NCBI RefSeq assembly: GCF_001194135.2
Contig: NC_069002.1
Location: 7,855,921 to 7,888,820, forward strand
Length of the DNA stretch: 32,900 bases
Reading direction: 5' to 3'
From: Octopus bimaculoides
Lineage: Eukaryota
The notes under the pieces were generated by a model. It was given only the letters and a program-made list of their open reading frames with translations. It was not told where the DNA came from and ran no database searches. The number at the start of each line of letters is the position of its first letter. The first letter of the stretch is position 1. The translations under genes and the position numbers were made by a program. Shown piece after piece: positions 31,578 through 32,900 of this stretch.

Positions 31578-31808
31578 GGCGGCGAGTTGGCGGAAACTTT
31601 AGCACGCCGGGCGAAATGCTTAGCGGTATTTCGTCTGCTGCTACGTTCTGAGTTCAAATTCCACTGAGTTCGACTTTGCCTTTCATCTTTGCGGGGTCGA
31701 TTAAATAAGTACCAGTCACGCACTGGAGTCGATATAATCGACTTAATCCGTTTGACTGTCCTTGTTTGTCCCCTCTGTATGTAGCCCCTTGTGGGCAGTA
31801 AATAAATA
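31578..31808 (+). mobile_element. Family A tRNA-SINE, best-preserved full-length copy in the window
   Basis: Head ggcggcgagttggcggaaactttagcacgccgggc, B-box gttctgagttcaaattcc, core and tail aatccgtttgactgtccttgtttgtcccctctg...cagtaaataaata; many homologues in this window. Confidence 0.92.
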
Positions 31809-32727
31809 TGACAGCTTGCTAGCTAGCTAGCAAGCTAGATAGATAAACAGACACACACACACATTTACTGTGCGCTAGACCCATGTCAGCCATTGAAAAA
31901 GAGACAGGAACTGTTAGTTTCAATTAAACATTATTTGGTGTCAAATTTTTCGTTACACCAGCTGTGTAGCAACCAGGCCGCAGTTGGTGCGACGGAAACT
32001 TTGGCACTAAATATTTAAGTAAAGTCAACAGTTTTTGTGTATTCGTTAATTGCTAATTTATACCTTTCAGGCTTTGATTGTTTCAGCTTGCTTCAACAAT
32101 ACGGTCTCTGATCAAGTCAATTGAGAGATAATTACATCTTCGAAATATGTGTGTGTATGTGACTGCGCTTTTTTTTTTATGCGTATGCGTGTACGTGTAT
32201 GTGCGTGTGCGTGTGCAGCACAGGCAGATGTTAAAGTACGCCTTAGTGATTTAAATTTTGTTATGAGGAACAAATGGAAAAATGCTGATGTGGGAGTCAA
32301 TGATTATTCAGAATTGCAGTCGTTTGATTTTTGGTGATAGTTATCCTAAGAAAAAACTTCAAACGTAGGAAGCTGTAAGGTAGCTTGATTAGTCACTCGC
32401 TTTCACACTCAGTTACAACATTCATTTTGCACGAGAGAAACCCTTCAGATTTCCACTAAAATATATATTAGCTTAGTTTTGTACACTAAAATCGTAATAG
32501 AATTCGGATTTTCCCAGGTTTTCCCAGAAAATATATCGTTTGTGTTTTTCTTGGTGATGTTTTCAGTTCATTTGATAATTTCAAAATGTATTCCCGTTAC
32601 TGATGACACGAAAAGTAATATAAATGAGACTTGATCGGGAGAAACAAAAATAAATAAATGTAGTGATAAAATATATAATCTGTACCTTAGTCTCATTGTG
32701 CGCTTAAAGAAATGCTGATTTTATTTT

Positions 32728-32882
32728 GTGGCCGTGCGGGAAAAAGCTTGCTTCCAATGACATGGTTCTGGGTTCAGTTCCATTGCTTGACACCTTGAAC
32801 CATTATCTTCTAATATAGCCTCGGGTCGACCATAGACTTGTGAGTGGATTAGGTAGATAGAAACTGAAATGAGTCCGACGTT
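32728..32882 (+). mobile_element. Family B tRNA-SINE with a CORE-like segment
   Basis: A-box-like gtggccgtgcgg, B-box gggttcagttcc, caccttgaac...tcttc resembling the CORE motif accttgggcaag, and tail cttgtgagtggatt...gaaactgaaa...cgt(ta)n. Confidence 0.75.
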
Positions 32883-32900
32883 ATATATATATATATATAT

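Noticed and set aside
32600-32618. CTGATGA-cac-GAAAA hammerhead-like spacing
   Set aside because: Only 3 nt separate the core halves (no stem II) and stem I cannot pair.

Overview
This is AT-rich, non-coding eukaryotic DNA with no supportable protein-coding gene, RNA gene or CRISPR array. The SINE families, the very high microsatellite density and the 12 scaffold gaps (about 5.6 kb of N) point to an octopus/coleoid cephalopod draft assembly; that assignment is inferred from recalled repeat resemblance, not from a database search. Nearly all ORFs in the track are translations of microsatellites or run through N gaps. The real content is a layered transposon landscape: more than 20 tRNA-SINE copies or fragments from several families, two fragments of RLE-type (R4/Dong-like) non-LTR elements beside (AAT)n tracts, a Rex3/Expander-like RTE 3' end with an internal 24-bp amplification, a pogo/Tigger-like terminus and a probable Helitron 3' end. 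The most interesting signals are two degenerate Penelope-type minimal hammerhead ribozyme motifs (12776-12813 and 21980-22026, both minus strand). The second lies inside a tRNA-headed element with an inverted copy of its own tail at its 5' end, suggesting a SINE-like element mobilised by Penelope-type machinery.
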